Shown here in pieces: positions 1 through 12,840 of a DNA stretch of 64,000 nucleotides. The stretch spans positions 14,143,903 to 14,207,902 of the forward strand of contig CM082577.2 in the NCBI GenBank assembly GCA_040954595.2, written 5' to 3'. This stretch comes from Balanoglossus misakiensis. Lineage: Eukaryota; Animalia; Hemichordata. Positions within the stretch are counted from its first letter, which is position 1. Every line of letters starts with the position of its first letter. Both the position numbers and the translations under genes were made by a program. Under the pieces are notes generated by a model that had not been told where the DNA came from, did no database searches, and was given only the letters and a program-made list of their open reading frames with translations.

Positions 1-17
1 GGATACTCATAGATTGT

Positions 18-2366
18 GTGGGCCCCCTACCCAAAACCAGATCAGGAAATCAATATATGTTGACAATAATGTGTACAAGTACTCGCTTCCCTGAAGCCAT
101 ACCTCTCAGAGATATAAAAGCTAGAACTATAGTGAAAGCTTTAGTCAAGTTTTTTACACTTGTTGGTCTTCCGAAGTCTGTCCAGTCTGATCAAGGTTCA
201 AATTTCATGTCTGGAATTTTCCAACAAGTCATGGATCAGCTAGGCATTAAGCAGTATAGGTCTTCTGCGTATCATCCTGAGAGCCAAGGTGCTCTTGAAC
301 GGTTCTATCAAACTTTGAAAATCATGATTAGGGCGTATTGTTTTGACACAGAACAGCATTGGGATGATGGGATTAATTTTCTTCTATTTGCAGTGCGAGA
401 GTCTGTTCAAGAATCTTTGGGTTTTAGCCCATTTGAACTTGTGTTTGGGCATACTGTGCGGGGACCACTTAAATTGCTTAAAGAAAAGTTCTTATCAGAT
501 GAAAGTGAGAGTTTGAACCTCTTAGAATATGTATCCGATTTTCGTAGCAGACTTTCTAGGGCGTGTGAATTGGCTAAAGAAAGCCTGAAGTCATCACAAA
601 GGTCTATGAAAGCAAAATATGATAGAAATACTTCCAAACAGAAGATTGAGCCTGGCCAAATAGTGCTAGTTTTTCTTCCGGTTCCCGGAAAGCCACTCCA
701 AGCCCGCTATTTCGGTCCTTACACCATTGATAAGAAGTTGACTGATCTAAATTATGTCGTGGTAACTCCTGACAGGCGTAAACAAAAACAATTGTGTCAT
801 GTAAATATGCTTAAACCCTACATAGAAAGAAATAGGTCCAATACTAAAGTTGCAGTTGCACAACCTGTCAATGCAGTCAGTTCTAATATTTGTAATGATA
901 GGGAAGTTGATTTGTGTGAAAACATTCTATGTGACCGACTGAGCACAGCCAGACTCCAAAACTCTGATATTCTCCAAGATATGGACTCCAAGTTGTCACA
1001 CCTCCATCCGTCACAGCAACAAGATGTGAAAGAACTGATTCACGAATACAGACATTTGTTTCTGGATATTCCATCAAGGACAAACACCATTCATCACGAT
1101 GTTGATGTGGGTGATTCCCGGCCAGTGAAACAACATCCATACAGACTGAATCCCAGCAAAGCTAAATACCTCCGTGAGGAGGTGGAATATTTGCTTGACA
1201 ATGACTTCATTGAAAGAAGTAAAAGTAACTGGAGTTCACCCTGCATCCTCGTTCCCAAACCTGATGGAAGCTACCGAATGTGCACGGATTATAGAAAGGT
1301 CAACTCCCTTACAAAGACAGACTCTTTTCCTATTCCCAGGATTGACGACTGCATTGATCGAGTGGGGAAAGCCAAGTATGTAACCAAATTTGATCTGCTC
1401 AAGGGCTTCTGGCAAGTCCCTCTGACAGATCGTGCCCGAGAAATATCCGCCTTTGTTACACCCGATGGATTGTTCCAGTACAAAGTGATGCCATTTGGAA
1501 TGAAAAACTCATTTCAGCGCATGATGAATGACGTCACATCTGGACTAGATGGATGCGACGCCTATGTTGACGAAGTAGTGATATATTTGGACACCTGGGA
1601 TGAACACATGAAAATGATGCGAACGTTCTTTGAACGATTAAGTAAAGCAAACTTGACTGTCAATTTGACAAAAACTGCTTTTGGTTGCGCACAAGTGACA
1701 TACCTAGGACACTTTGTCGGTCAGGGCGAGGTAAAGCCAATTGACGCCAAAGTCAGTGCGATTTCTAATTTTCAACCGCCGAATTGTAAGAAACAGCTGA
1801 TGCGCTTTCTTGGAATGGCTGGATACTATAGAAAATTTTGTCCAAATTTCTCCACCATTTCTGAGCCTTTGACTCGTTTACTCAGAAAAAATACGAAATT
1901 CGTTTGGTCAGATCAGTGTCAGCAGTCATTCGACAAGTTGAAAGTCATACTGAGAAGTGCCCCAGTTCTCTCAGCGCCAAATTTCAGTTTTCCATTCAAA
2001 TTAGCGGCAGACGCAAGTGATGTAGCCGCTGGCGCCGTTTTATTGCAAGAAGATGATCAGGGAATAGATCATCCTATTTGTTACTTTTCACGCAAGTTTA
2101 ACAACTCGCAGAGAAATTACTCTACCATTGAAAAGGAGTGTTTATCATTGATATTAGCTTTACAGCAATTTGAGGTCCATGTGACTGCTTCAAATTTCCC
2201 AATAGTTGTCAACATTGATCACAACCCTCTCGTATTTCTGCACAAAATAAGAGACAGGAATCAAAGGTTGTTGAGATGGAGCTGGATGTTGCAGGAATTT
2301 AACCTTGACATCAGACATATCAAAGGTAAAGATAATTTAATTGCAGACTGTCTTTCTCGCGTTTAG
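18..2366 (+). CDS. pol: Retrotransposon Pol fragment (integrase-RT-RNase H), probably defective
   Basis: Motifs as above. The RT catalytic motif reads YVDE instead of YVDD, and the usual NAPATFQR is shortened to NSFQR. Confidence 0.85.
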   Translation: MGPLPKTRSGNQYMLTIMCTSTRFPEAIPLRDIKARTIVKALVKFFTLVGLPKSVQSDQGSNFMSGIFQQVMDQLGIKQYRSSAYHPESQGALERFYQTLKIMIRAYCFDTEQHWDDGINFLLFAVRESVQESLGFSPFELVFGHTVRGPLKLLKEKFLSDESESLNLLEYVSDFRSRLSRACELAKESLKSSQRSMKAKYDRNTSKQKIEPGQIVLVFLPVPGKPLQARYFGPYTIDKKLTDLNYVVVTPDRRKQKQLCHVNMLKPYIERNRSNTKVAVAQPVNAVSSNICNDREVDLCENILCDRLSTARLQNSDILQDMDSKLSHLHPSQQQDVKELIHEYRHLFLDIPSRTNTIHHDVDVGDSRPVKQHPYRLNPSKAKYLREEVEYLLDNDFIERSKSNWSSPCILVPKPDGSYRMCTDYRKVNSLTKTDSFPIPRIDDCIDRVGKAKYVTKFDLLKGFWQVPLTDRAREISAFVTPDGLFQYKVMPFGMKNSFQRMMNDVTSGLDGCDAYVDEVVIYLDTWDEHMKMMRTFFERLSKANLTVNLTKTAFGCAQVTYLGHFVGQGEVKPIDAKVSAISNFQPPNCKKQLMRFLGMAGYYRKFCPNFSTISEPLTRLLRKNTKFVWSDQCQQSFDKLKVILRSAPVLSAPNFSFPFKLAADASDVAAGAVLLQEDDQGIDHPICYFSRKFNNSQRNYSTIEKECLSLILALQQFEVHVTASNFPIVVNIDHNPLVFLHKIRDRNQRLLRWSWMLQEFNLDIRHIKGKDNLIADCLSRV

Positions 2367-2435
2367 AATGCTAAGTAATTGTAAGAGAATTGTAAAAGTT
2401 TTTTTTTGTAAAAACTTTTCTTTAAGGGGGGGGGG

Positions 2436-3013
2436 TGTGATGATGAGGTCATTTTAGTGTGACCTTTACTGGCTAGTAAGATTTCTTTTGTTTTGGGTGA
2501 CCAGGTGTTGATGAATATTCATTTGATTGACATGTATAAATACACATGCTACCATGTGGTCAGGTTGCTATTTTTTCGCTGGACACTGTGCCGATAGCTT
2601 CAGTGCTGGGGACTCCATGCTGCTGTTTGGGACCTTTCGCAGGCCGTTTTGTTTGACTTCAAGGACTTCAGAAGTTGTGAGTGCATACACACCACTTGGA
2701 CCTAAACCAGACTTTGCTGCTGTTTTGTTTGACTTCGAGTTGTAAGTACACACCACTCGGACTGAAACCAGACTTTCCTGTACGTCGGAAGTCTTTGACT
2801 TTACTGCATATTTGCTGCTCGTGTGCTTCACGACTGGAGTCCTAGCTGAGTATATGGAGTGCTGTGTGTGTTGCTCAGTTTGGTTCGCATTCATTGTTTT
2901 ATGACCTGTTAATCCCTTTTTTGCCTGCAACTTAATTTTGTTAGTATAGCGAATAGCCATTAAATACTTTTTATAAAAGGAAAACCACTGACTTCGCCCT
3001 TTCTGTCATAACA
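2436..3013 (+). repeat. 3' LTR of the Gmr1-like element
   Basis: Follows the polypurine tract; TG...CA ends with an 8-bp imperfect inverted repeat; TATAAATA near 2535 and ATTAAA near 2960. Confidence 0.7.
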
Positions 3014-3460
3014 ACAGGCACTGGAATCAAGGCACAACCACATTGATGTGTCAACTGTCTTTTGTTGTCCAACATACATGTACAATGAGTTATTATGAGT
3101 CATGAATCTGCTCAGAGAAAAAAATCAAGGCTAAAACAGCAGCATTGTGATGGTGGTGTAGTTAATAAATGTGATATCAATATAAACGTTAGTAAATTAT
3201 GATATTATGAATATATTTTCTGTGTTGTAGTTAATAAATATGATATCAATATAAATGTTTGTAAATTATGATATAAAAAAAAAAATTCTGTACAAGTTAT
3301 ATGTTAGTTAATCAAAACGAAATCGAAGTCTATGAGTTCGTGGATGCGTTTTACACATTTCCTGTTTATATGTACAAACAAATGAATCAGGTATTGAGCG
3401 AGTTCACCAACAAAAATTGAGGAATGTCGACAGAAAAATAAACCAAAAATTGAACAATAA

Positions 3461-3532
3461 TACCAGAGCATGGTTTCGATCCATGGACCTCTGTGTTATG
3501 GGCCCAGCACGCTTCTGCTGTGCCACTCTTCT
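3461..3532 (-). pseudogene. Degenerate tRNAi-Met copy at the left edge of the array
   Basis: Same 72-mer with several stem-breaking substitutions (acceptor, D and anticodon stems). Confidence 0.8.
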
Positions 3533-4269
3533 GAGATAAGGGCAATCAGGTATTGAGCGAGTTCACCGACAAAAATTGAGGAATGTCGACAGAAAATATT
3601 CACCAAAACTGAAAATATCAGCAGAGCATGGAATGGTGTCCAGCCAACTCAGCCCGAGAAATTGCAGGTGATCGATGCACGGTTGGTCGTTGCCTGATCA
3701 TCGCAACAGCACGTAACTCAGACAAAAGCTATGACACTGTCAATTTACCTGCCACACAATAACAATGCCCGAAAATAAAATATATATACTATGACACAAA
3801 TGAAGCAAAACGTTCACGACAGAGATAGAAATTAAAGGATTGTTGCACTCATTTCAATTTAGTTAAATATTGATAAAAGCAATTTAACTATCTGATAATA
3901 TCACTTCAGATCTCTGGAAGAATGTATATTCGGGAGAAAAGAAACACAAAGTATCAGGTATACTAGAAATTACATTATAAATTTAAACGTGAAGTCATAC
4001 TATGAGCCTCTGGCATGCAGGTCTTAAAATTCCTCTAGTGGCCATGTTACTTTTTAAAAAAATGACAAAAATCTTTGAAAACAAATATCAAAGACCGTTT
4101 AAAAGTTCAGAGTGGTTGGGTGAAGATGTATATGACATGTGCGACGAAAATATTAGCAGAGCTTCCGCTGCGCCACTCTGCTACGATAAGGGCGATCAGG
4201 TATTGAGCGAGTTCACTGACAAAAACTGAGGGATGTCAACAGAGAAATACACCAAAAAAGTGAAATTAT

Positions 4270-5452
4270 TAGCAGAGCATGGTTTCGATTCATGGACCTC
4301 TGGGTTATGGGCCCAGCACGCTTCCGCTGCGCCACTCTGCTACGATAAGGGCGATCAGGTATTGAGCGAGTTCACTGACAAAAACTGAGGGATGTCAAAC
4401 GAGAAATACACCAAAAAGGTGAAATTATTAGCAGAGCATGGTTTCGATCCATGGACCTCTGGGTTATGGGCCCAGCACGCTTCCGCTGCGCCACTCTGCT
4501 ACGATAAGGGCGATCATGTATTGAGCAACTTCACTGACAAAAACTGAGGGATGTCAACAGAGAAATACACCAAAAAAGTGAAATTATTAGCAGAGCATGG
4601 TTTTGATCCATGGACCTCTGGGTTATGGGCCCAGCACGCTTCCGCTGCGCCACTCTGTTACGATAAGGGCGATCAGGTATTGAGCAACTTCACTGACAAA
4701 AACTGAGGAATGTCAACAGAGAAATAAACCCCAAAAAAGTGAAATTATTAGCAGAGCATGGTTTCGATCCATGGACCTCTGGGTTATGGGCCCAGCACGC
4801 TTCCGCTGCGCCACTCTGCTACGATAAGGGCGATCAGGTATTGAGCAACTTCACTGACAAAAACTGAGGGATGTCAACAGAGAAATAAACCCCAAAAAAG
4901 TGAAATTATTAGCAGAGCATGGTTTCGATCCATGGACCTCTGGGTTATGGGCCCAGCACGCTTCCGCTGCGCCACTCTGCTACGATAAAGGCGATCAGGT
5001 ATTGAGCAACTCCACTGACAAAAACTGAGGAATGTCAACAGAAAAATACTCCAAAAATGAAATTAATAGTTGAGCATGGTTTCGATCCATGGACCTCTGG
5101 GTTATGGGCCCAGCACGCTTCCGCTGCGCCACTCTGCTACGATAAGGGCGATCAGGTATTGAGCAACTTCACTGACAAAAACTGAGGAATGTCAACAGAA
5201 AAATACTCTAAAAATGAAATTAATAGCAGAGCATGGTTTCGATCCATGGACCTCTGGGTTATGGGCCCAGCACGCTTCCGCTGCGCCACTCTGCTACGAT
5301 AAGGGCGATCAGGTATTGAGCAACTTCACTGACAAAAACTGAGGAATGTCAACAGAAAAATACTCCAAAAATGAAATTAATAGTTGAGCATGGTTTCGAT
5401 CCATGGACCTCCGGGTTATGGGCCCAGCACGCTTCCGCTGCGCCACTCTGCT
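4270..5452 (-). tRNA. tRNA-iMet-CAT: tRNA-iMet block 1 (8 copies)
   Basis: Copies at about 4270, 4429, 4588, 4749, 4910, 5067, 5224, 5381. Confidence 0.92.
4429..4500 (-). tRNA. tRNA-iMet-CAT: tRNA-iMet(CAT), representative canonical copy
   Basis: AGCAGAGTGGCGCAGCGGAAGCGTGCTGGGCCCATAACCCAGAGGTCCATGGATCGAAACCATGCTCTGCTA. A1:U72, three G-C pairs at the base of the anticodon stem, C33, ATCG T-loop (A54/A60). It differs from vertebrate tRNAi only by a compensated C49:G65 pair. Oligo-T terminator ~12 nt downstream. Confidence 0.96.
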
Positions 5453-5455
5453 ACG

Positions 5456-5982
5456 ATACGGGCATTCAGGTATTGAGCGAGTTCTCCGACTATGAGTGGT
5501 GATCGATTCACGGTTGGTCGTTGCCTGATCATCGCAACAGCCTGTAACTCAGACAAAAGCTATGACACTGTCAATTTACCTGCCGCACAATTACAATGCC
5601 CGAAAATAAAATATATATACAATGACACAAAAGAAGCAAAACGTTCGCGTCAGAGATAGAAAATAAAGGATTGTTGAATTCATTTAAATTTAGTTAAATA
5701 TTGATAAAAACAATTTAACTATCTGATAATATCACTTCAGACCTCTGGAAGAATGTATATTCGGGAGAAAAGAAACACAAAGTATCATGTATACTAGAAA
5801 TTGCATTATAAATTTAAACGTGAAGTCATACAATGAGCCTCTGGCATGCAACTCTTAAAAATCCTCCAGTGGCCATGTTAGTTTTGAAAAAAGGCAAACA
5901 TCTTTGAAAAAAAATATCAAAGACCGTTTAAAAGTTCAGAGTGGTTGGGTGAAGATGTATATGACATGTGCGACGAAAATAT
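5456..5982. repeat. ~530-bp inter-block spacer of the tRNA array (representative; ten copies)
   Basis: Near-identical sequence ATACGGGCATTCAGG...GACATGTGCGACGAAAATAT starts near 5456, 7122, 7997, 9027, 10694, 12198, 14801, 16467 and 17971; a diverged copy lies at 3630-4153. Confidence 0.9.
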
Positions 5983-6096
5983 TAGCAGAGCTTCCGCTGC
6001 GCCACTCTGCTACGATAAGGGCGATCAGGTATTGAGCGAGTTCACTGACAAAAACTGAGGAATGTCAACAGAAAAATACTCCAAAAATGAAATTAA

Positions 6097-7118
6097 TAGC
6101 AGAGCATGGTTTCGATCCATGGACCTCTGGGTTATGGGCCCAGCACGCTTCCGCTGCGCCACTCTGCTACGATAAGGGCGATCATGTATTGATCAACTTC
6201 ACTGACAAAAACTGAGGGATGTCAACAGAGAAATACACCAAAAAAGTGAAATTATTAGCAGAGCATGGTTTTGATCCATGGACCTCTGGGTTATGGGCCC
6301 AGCACGCTTCCGCTGCGCCACTCTGCTACGATAAGGGCGATCAGGTATTGAGCAACTTCACTGACAAAAACTGAGGGATGTCAACAGAGAAATAAACCCC
6401 AAAAAAGTGAAATTATTAGCAGAGCATGGTTTCGATCCATGGACCTCTGGGTTATGGGCCCAGCACGCTTCCGCTGCGCCACTCTGCTACGATAAAGGCG
6501 ATCAGGTATTGAGCAACTCCACTGACAAAAACTGAGGAATGTCAACAGAAAAATACTCCAAAAATGAAATTAATAGTTGAGCATTGTTTCGATCCATGGA
6601 CCTCTGGGTTATGGGCCCAGCACGCTTCCGCTGCGCCACTCTGCTACGATAAGGGCGATCAGGTATTGAGCAACTTCACTGACAAAAACTGAGGAATGTC
6701 AACAGAAAAATACTCCAAAAATGAAATTAATAGTTGAGCATGGTTTCGATCCATGGACCTCTGGGTTATGGGCCCAGCAGGCTTCCGCTGCGCCACTCTG
6801 CTACGATAAGGGCGATCAGGTATTGAGCGAGTTCACTGACAAAAACTGAGGAATGTCAACAGAGAAATACACCAAAAAAGTGAAATTATTAGCAGAGCAT
6901 GGTTTCGATCCATGGACCTCTGGGTTATGGGCCCAGCACGCTTCCGCTGCGCCACTCTGCTACGATAAGGGCGATCAGGTATTGAGCAACTTCACTGACA
7001 AAAACTGAGGAATGTCAACAGAAAAATACTCCAAAAATGAAATTAATAGTTGAGCATGGTTTCGATCCATGGACCTCTGGGTTATGGGCCCAGCACGCTT
7101 CCGCTGCGCCACTCTGCT
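6097..7118 (-). tRNA. tRNA-iMet-CAT: tRNA-iMet block 2 (7 copies)
   Basis: Copies at about 6097, 6256, 6417, 6574, 6731, 6890, 7047. Confidence 0.92.
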
Positions 7119-7762
7119 ACGATACGGGCATTCAGGTTTTGAGCGAGTTCTCCGACTATGAGTAGTGTTCGATTCACGGTTGGTCGTTGCCTGATCATCA
7201 CAACAGACTGTAACTCAGACAAAAGCTATGACACTGTCAATTTACCTGCCGCACAATTACAATGCCCGAAAATAAAATATATATACAATGACACAAAAGA
7301 AGCAAAACGTTCGCGTCAGAGATAGAAAATAAAGGATTGTTGAATTCATTTAAATTTAGTTAAATATTGATAAAAACAATTTAACTATCTGATAATATCA
7401 CTTCAGACCTCTGGAAGAATGTATATTCGGGAGAAAAGAAACACAAAGTATCATGTATACTAGAAATTGCATTATAAATTTAAACGTGAAGTCATACAAT
7501 GAGCCTCTGGCATGCAACTCTTAAAAATCCTCCAGTGGCCATGTTAGTTTTGAAAAAAGGCAAACATCTTTGAAAAAAAATATCAAAGACCGTTTAAAAG
7601 TTCAGAGTGGTTGGGTGAAGATGTATATGACATGTGCGACGAAAATATTATCAGAGCTTTCGCTGCGCCACTCTGCTACGATAAGGGCGATCAGGTATTG
7701 AGCGAGTTCACTGACAAAAACTGAGGAATGTCAACAGAAAAATACTCCAAAAATGAAATTAA

Positions 7763-7993
7763 TAGCAGAGCATGGTTTCGATCCATGGACCTCTGGGTTA
7801 TGGGCCCAGCACGCTTCCGCTGCGCCACTCTGCTACGATAAGGGCGATCATGTATTGAGCAACTTCACTGACAAAAACTGAGGGATGTCAACAGAGAAAT
7901 ACACCAAAAAAGTGAAATTATTAGCAGAGCATGGTTTTGATCCATGGACCTCTGGGTTATGGGCCCAGCACGCTTCCGCTGCGCCACTCTGCT
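7763..7993 (-). tRNA. tRNA-iMet-CAT: tRNA-iMet block 3 (2 copies)
   Basis: Copies at 7763 and 7922. Confidence 0.92.
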
Positions 7994-8637
7994 ACGATAC
8001 GGGCATTCAGGTATTGAACGAGTTCTCCGACTATGAGTGGTGTTCGATTCACGGTTGGTCGTTGCCTGATCATCACAACAGACTGTAACTCAGACAAAAG
8101 CTATGACACTGTCAATTTACCTGCCGCACAATTACAATGCCCGAAAATAAAATATATATACAATGACACAAAAGAAGCAAAACGTTCGCGTCAGAGATAG
8201 AAAATAAAGGATTGTTGAATTCATTTAAATTTAGTTAAATATTGATAAAAACAATTTAACTATCTGATAATATCACTTCAGACCTCTGGAAGAATGTATA
8301 TTCGGGAGAAAAGAAACACAAAGTATCATGTATACTAGAAATTGCATTATAAATTTAAACGTGAAGTCATACAATGAGCCTCCGGCATGCAACTCTTAAA
8401 AATCCTCCAGTGGCCATGTTAGTTTTGAAAAAAGGCAAACATCTTTGAAAAAAAATATCAAAGACCGTTTAAAAGTTCAGAGTGGTTGGGTGAAGATGTA
8501 TATGACATGTGCGACGAAAATGTTAGCAGAGCTTCCGCTGCGCCTCTCTGCTACGATAAGGGCGATCAGGTATTGAGCGAGTTCACTGACAAAAACTGAG
8601 GAATGTCAACAGAAAAATACTCCAAAAATGAAATTAA

Positions 8638-9023
8638 TAGTTGAGCATGGTTTCGATCCATGGACCTCTGGGTTATGGGCCCAGCAGGCTTCCTCTGCGC
8701 CACTCTGCCACGATAAGGGCGATCAGGTATTGAGCGAGTTCACTGACAAAAACTGAGGAATGTCAACAGAAAAATACTCCAAAAATGAAATTAATAGTTG
8801 AGCATTGTTTCGATCCATGGACCTCTGGGTTATGGGCCCAGCACGCTTCCGCTGCGCCACTCTGCTACGATAAGGGCGATCATGTATTGATCAACTTCAC
8901 TGACAAAAACTGAGGAATGTCAACAGAAAAATACTCCAAAAATGAAATTAATAGTTGAGCATGGTTTCGATCCATGGACCTCTGGGTTATGGGCCCAGCA
9001 CGCTTCCGCTGCGCCACTCTGCT
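8638..9023 (-). tRNA. tRNA-iMet-CAT: tRNA-iMet block 4 (3 copies, all with the acceptor-stem variant)
   Basis: Copies at about 8638, 8795, 8952; all start TAGTTGAG on +. Confidence 0.85.
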
Positions 9024-9669
9024 ACGATACGGGCATTCAGGTTTTGAGCGAGTTCTCCGACTATGAGTGGTGATCGATTCACGGTTGGTCGTTGCCTGAT
9101 CATCGCAACAGACTGTAACTCAGACTAAAGCTATGACACTGTCAATTTACCTGCCGCACAATTACAATGCCCGAAAATAAAATATATATACAATGACACA
9201 AAAGAAGCAAAACGTTCGCGTCAGAGATAGAAAATAAAGGATTGTTGAATTCATTTAAATTTAGTTAAATATTGATTAAAACAATTTAACTATCTGATAA
9301 TATCACTTCAGACCTCTGGAAGAATGTATATTCGGGAGAAAAGAAACACAAAGTATCATGTATACTAGAAATTGCATTATAAATTTAAACGTGAAGTCAT
9401 ACAATGAGCCTCTGGCATGCAACTCTTAAAAATCCTCCAGTGGCCATGTTAGTTTTGAAAAAAGGCAAAAATCTTTGAAAAAAACTATCAAAGACCGTTT
9501 AAAAATTCAGAGTGGTTGGGTGAAGATGTATATGACATGTGCGACGAAAATATTAGCAGAGCTTCCGCTGCGCCACTCTGCTATGATAAGGGCGATCAGG
9601 TATTGAGCGAGTTCACTGACAAAAACTGAGGGATGTCAACAGAGAAATACACCAAAAAAGTGAAATTAT

Positions 9670-10690
9670 TAGCAGAGCATGGTTTCGATCCATGGACCTC
9701 TGGGTTATGGGCCCAGCACGCTTCCGCTGCGCCACTCTGCTACGATAAGGGCGATCAGGTATTGAGCAACTTCACTGACAAAAACTGAGGAATGTCAACA
9801 GAAAAATACTCCAAAAAGTGAAATTATTAGCAGAGCATGGTTTCGATCCATGGACCTCTGGGTTATGGGCCCAGCACGGTTCGGCTGCGCCACTCTGCTA
9901 CGATAAGGGCGATCAGGTATTGAGCAACTTCACTGACAAAAACTGAGGAATGTCAACAGAAAAATATTCCAAAAATGAAATTAATAGCAGAGCATGGTTT
10001 CGATCCATGGACCTCTGGGTTATGGGCCCAGCACGCTTCCGCTGCGCCACTCTGCTACGATAAGGGCGATCAGGTATTGAGCAACTTCACTGACAAAAAC
10101 TGAGGAACGTCAACAGAAAAATACTCCAAAATAGGGAAATTATTAGCAGAGCATGGTTTCGATCCATGGACCTCTGGGTTATGGGCCCAGCACGCTTCCG
10201 CTGCGCCACTCTGCTACGATAAGGGCGATCAGGTATTGAGCAACTTCACTGACAAAAACTGAGGGATGTCAACAGAGAAATAAACAAAAAGTGAAATTAT
10301 TAGCAGAGCATGGTTTCGATCCATGGACCTCTTGGTTATGGGCCCTGCACGCTTCGGCTGCGCCACTCTGCTACGATAAGGGCGATCAGGTATTGAGCAA
10401 CTTCACTGACAAAAACTGAGGAATGTCAACAGAAAAATACTCCAAAATAGGGAAATTATTAGCAGAGCATGGTTTCGATCCATGGACCTCTGGGTTATGG
10501 GCCCTGCACGCTTCGGCTGCGCCACTCTGCTACGATAAGGGCGATCAGGTATTGAGCAACTTCACTGACAAAAACTGAGGAATGTCAACAGAAAAATACT
10601 CCAAAATAGGGAAATTATTAGCAGAGCATGGTTTCGATCCATGGACCTCTGGGTTATTGGCCCAGCACGCTTCCGCAGCGCCACTCTGCT
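9670..10690 (-). tRNA. tRNA-iMet-CAT: tRNA-iMet block 5 (7 copies; the one at 10619 has an AAT anticodon)
   Basis: Copies at about 9670, 9828, 9985, 10144, 10301, 10460, 10619. Confidence 0.92.
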
Positions 10691-11336
10691 ACGATACGGG
10701 CATTCAGGTTTTGAGCGAGTTCTCCGACTATGAGTGGTGATCGATTCACGGTTGGTCGTTGCCTGATCATCGCAACAGACTGTAACTCAGACAAAAGCTA
10801 TGACACTGTCAATTTACCTGCCGCACAATTACAATGCCCGAAAATAAAATATATATACAATGACACAAAAGAAGCAAAACGTTCGCGTCAGAGATAGAAA
10901 ATAAAGGATTGTTGAATTCATTTAAATTTAGTTAAATATTGATAAAAACAATTTAACTATCTGATAATATCACTTCAGACCTCTGGAAGAATGTATATTC
11001 GGGAGAAAAGAAACACAAAGTATCATGTATACTAGAAATTGCATTATAAATTTAAACGTGAAGTCATACAATGAGCCTCTGGCATGCAACTCTTAAAAAT
11101 CCTCCAGTGGCCATGTTAGTTTTGAAAAAAGGCAAAAATCTTTGAAAAAAACTATCAAAGACCGTTTAAAAGTTCAGAGTGGTTGGGTGAAGATGTATAT
11201 GACATGTGCGACGAAAATATTAGCAGAGCTTCCGCTGCGCCACTCTGCTACGATAACGGCGATCAGGTCTTGAGCGAGTTCATTGACAAAAACTGAGGGA
11301 TGTCAACAGAGAAATACACCAAAAAAGTAATATTAT

Positions 11337-12194
11337 TAGCTGAGCATGGTTTCGATCCATGGACCTCTGGGTTATGGGCACAGCACGCTTCCGCTGCGCC
11401 ACTCTGCTACGATAAGGGCGATCAGGTATTGAGCAACTTCACTGACAAAAACTGAGGAATGTCAACAGAAAAATATTCCAAAAATGAAATTAATAGCAGA
11501 GCATGGTTTCGATCCATCGACCTCTGGGTTATGGGCCCAGCACGCTTCCGCTGCGCCACTCTGCTACGATAAGGGCGATCAGGTATTGAGCAACTTCACT
11601 GACAAAAACTGAGGAATGTCAACAGAAAAATACTCCAAAAAGTGAAATTATTAGCAGAGCATGGTTTCGATCCATGGACCTCTGGGTTATGGGCCCAGCA
11701 CGCTTCGGCTGCGCCACTCTGCTACGATAAGGGCGATCAGGTATTGAGCAACTTCACTGACAAAAACTGAGGAATGTCAACTGAAAAATACTCCCAAAAT
11801 GAAATTAATAGCAGAGCATGGTTTCGATCCATGGACCTCTGGGTTATTGGCCCAGCACGCTTCCGCTGCGCCACTCTGCTACGATAAGGGCGATCAGGTA
11901 TTGAGCAACTTCACTGACAAAAACTGAGGAATGTCAACAGAAAAATACTCCAAAAATGAAATTAATAGTTGAGCATGGTTTCGATCCATGGACCTCTGGG
12001 TTATGGGCCCAGCAGGCTTCCGCTGCGCCACTCTGCTACGATAAGGGCGATCAGGTATTGAGCAACTTCACTGACAAAAACTGAGGAATGTCAACAGAAA
12101 AATACTCCAAAAATGAAATTAATAGTTGAGCATGGTTTCGATCCATGGACCTCTGGGTTATGGGCCCAGCACGCTTCCGCTGCGCCACTCTGCT
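11337..12194 (-). tRNA. tRNA-iMet-CAT: tRNA-iMet block 6 (6 copies; the one at 11809 has an AAT anticodon)
   Basis: Copies at about 11337, 11494, 11652, 11809, 11966, 12123. Confidence 0.92.
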
Positions 12195-12840
12195 ACGATA
12201 CGGGCATTCAGGTTTTGAGCGAGTTCTCCGACTATGAGTGGTGTTCGATTCACGGTTGGTCGTTGCCTGATCATCACAACAGACTGTAACTCAGACAAAA
12301 GCTATGACACTGTCAATTTACCTGCCGCACAATTACAATGCCCGAAAATAAAATATATATACAATGACACAAAAGAAGCAAAAAGTTCGCGTCAGAGATA
12401 GAAAATAAAGGATTGTTGAATTCATTTAAATTTAGTTAAATATTGATAAAAACAATTTAACTATCTGATAATATCACTTCAGACCTCTGGAAGAATGTAT
12501 ATTCGGGAGAAAAGAAACACAAAGTATCATGTATACTAGAAATTGCATTATAAATTTAAACGTGAAGTCATACAATGAGCCTCTGGCATGCAACTCTTAA
12601 AAATCCTCCAGTGGCCATGTTAGTTTTGAAAAAAGGCAAACATCTTTGAATAAAACAATCAAAGACCGTTTAAAAGTTCAGAGTGGTTGGGTGAAGATGT
12701 ATATGACATGTGCGACGAAAATATTAGCAGAGCTTCCGCTGCGCCACTCTGCTACGATAAGGGTGATCAGGTATTGAGCGAGTTCACTGACAAAAACTGA
12801 GGGATGTCAACAGAGAAATACACCAAAAAAGTGAAATTAT

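Larger units (their letters stand above)
1..3013 (+). mobile_element. Gmr1-like Ty3/Gypsy LTR retrotransposon, 3' portion (IN-RT-RNaseH, PPT, 3' LTR); 5' part lies outside the window
   Basis: ORF 18-2366 has an integrase core (RFPEAIPL, SDQGSNF, ESQGALER) upstream of RT (DYRKVN, KFDLLKGFWQ, YVDE) and RNase H (ADASD, YSTIEKE, DHNPL, ADCLSR). G-rich PPT at 2424-2435. LTR 2436-3013 is bounded by TGTGATGA...TCATAACA. Confidence 0.9.
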
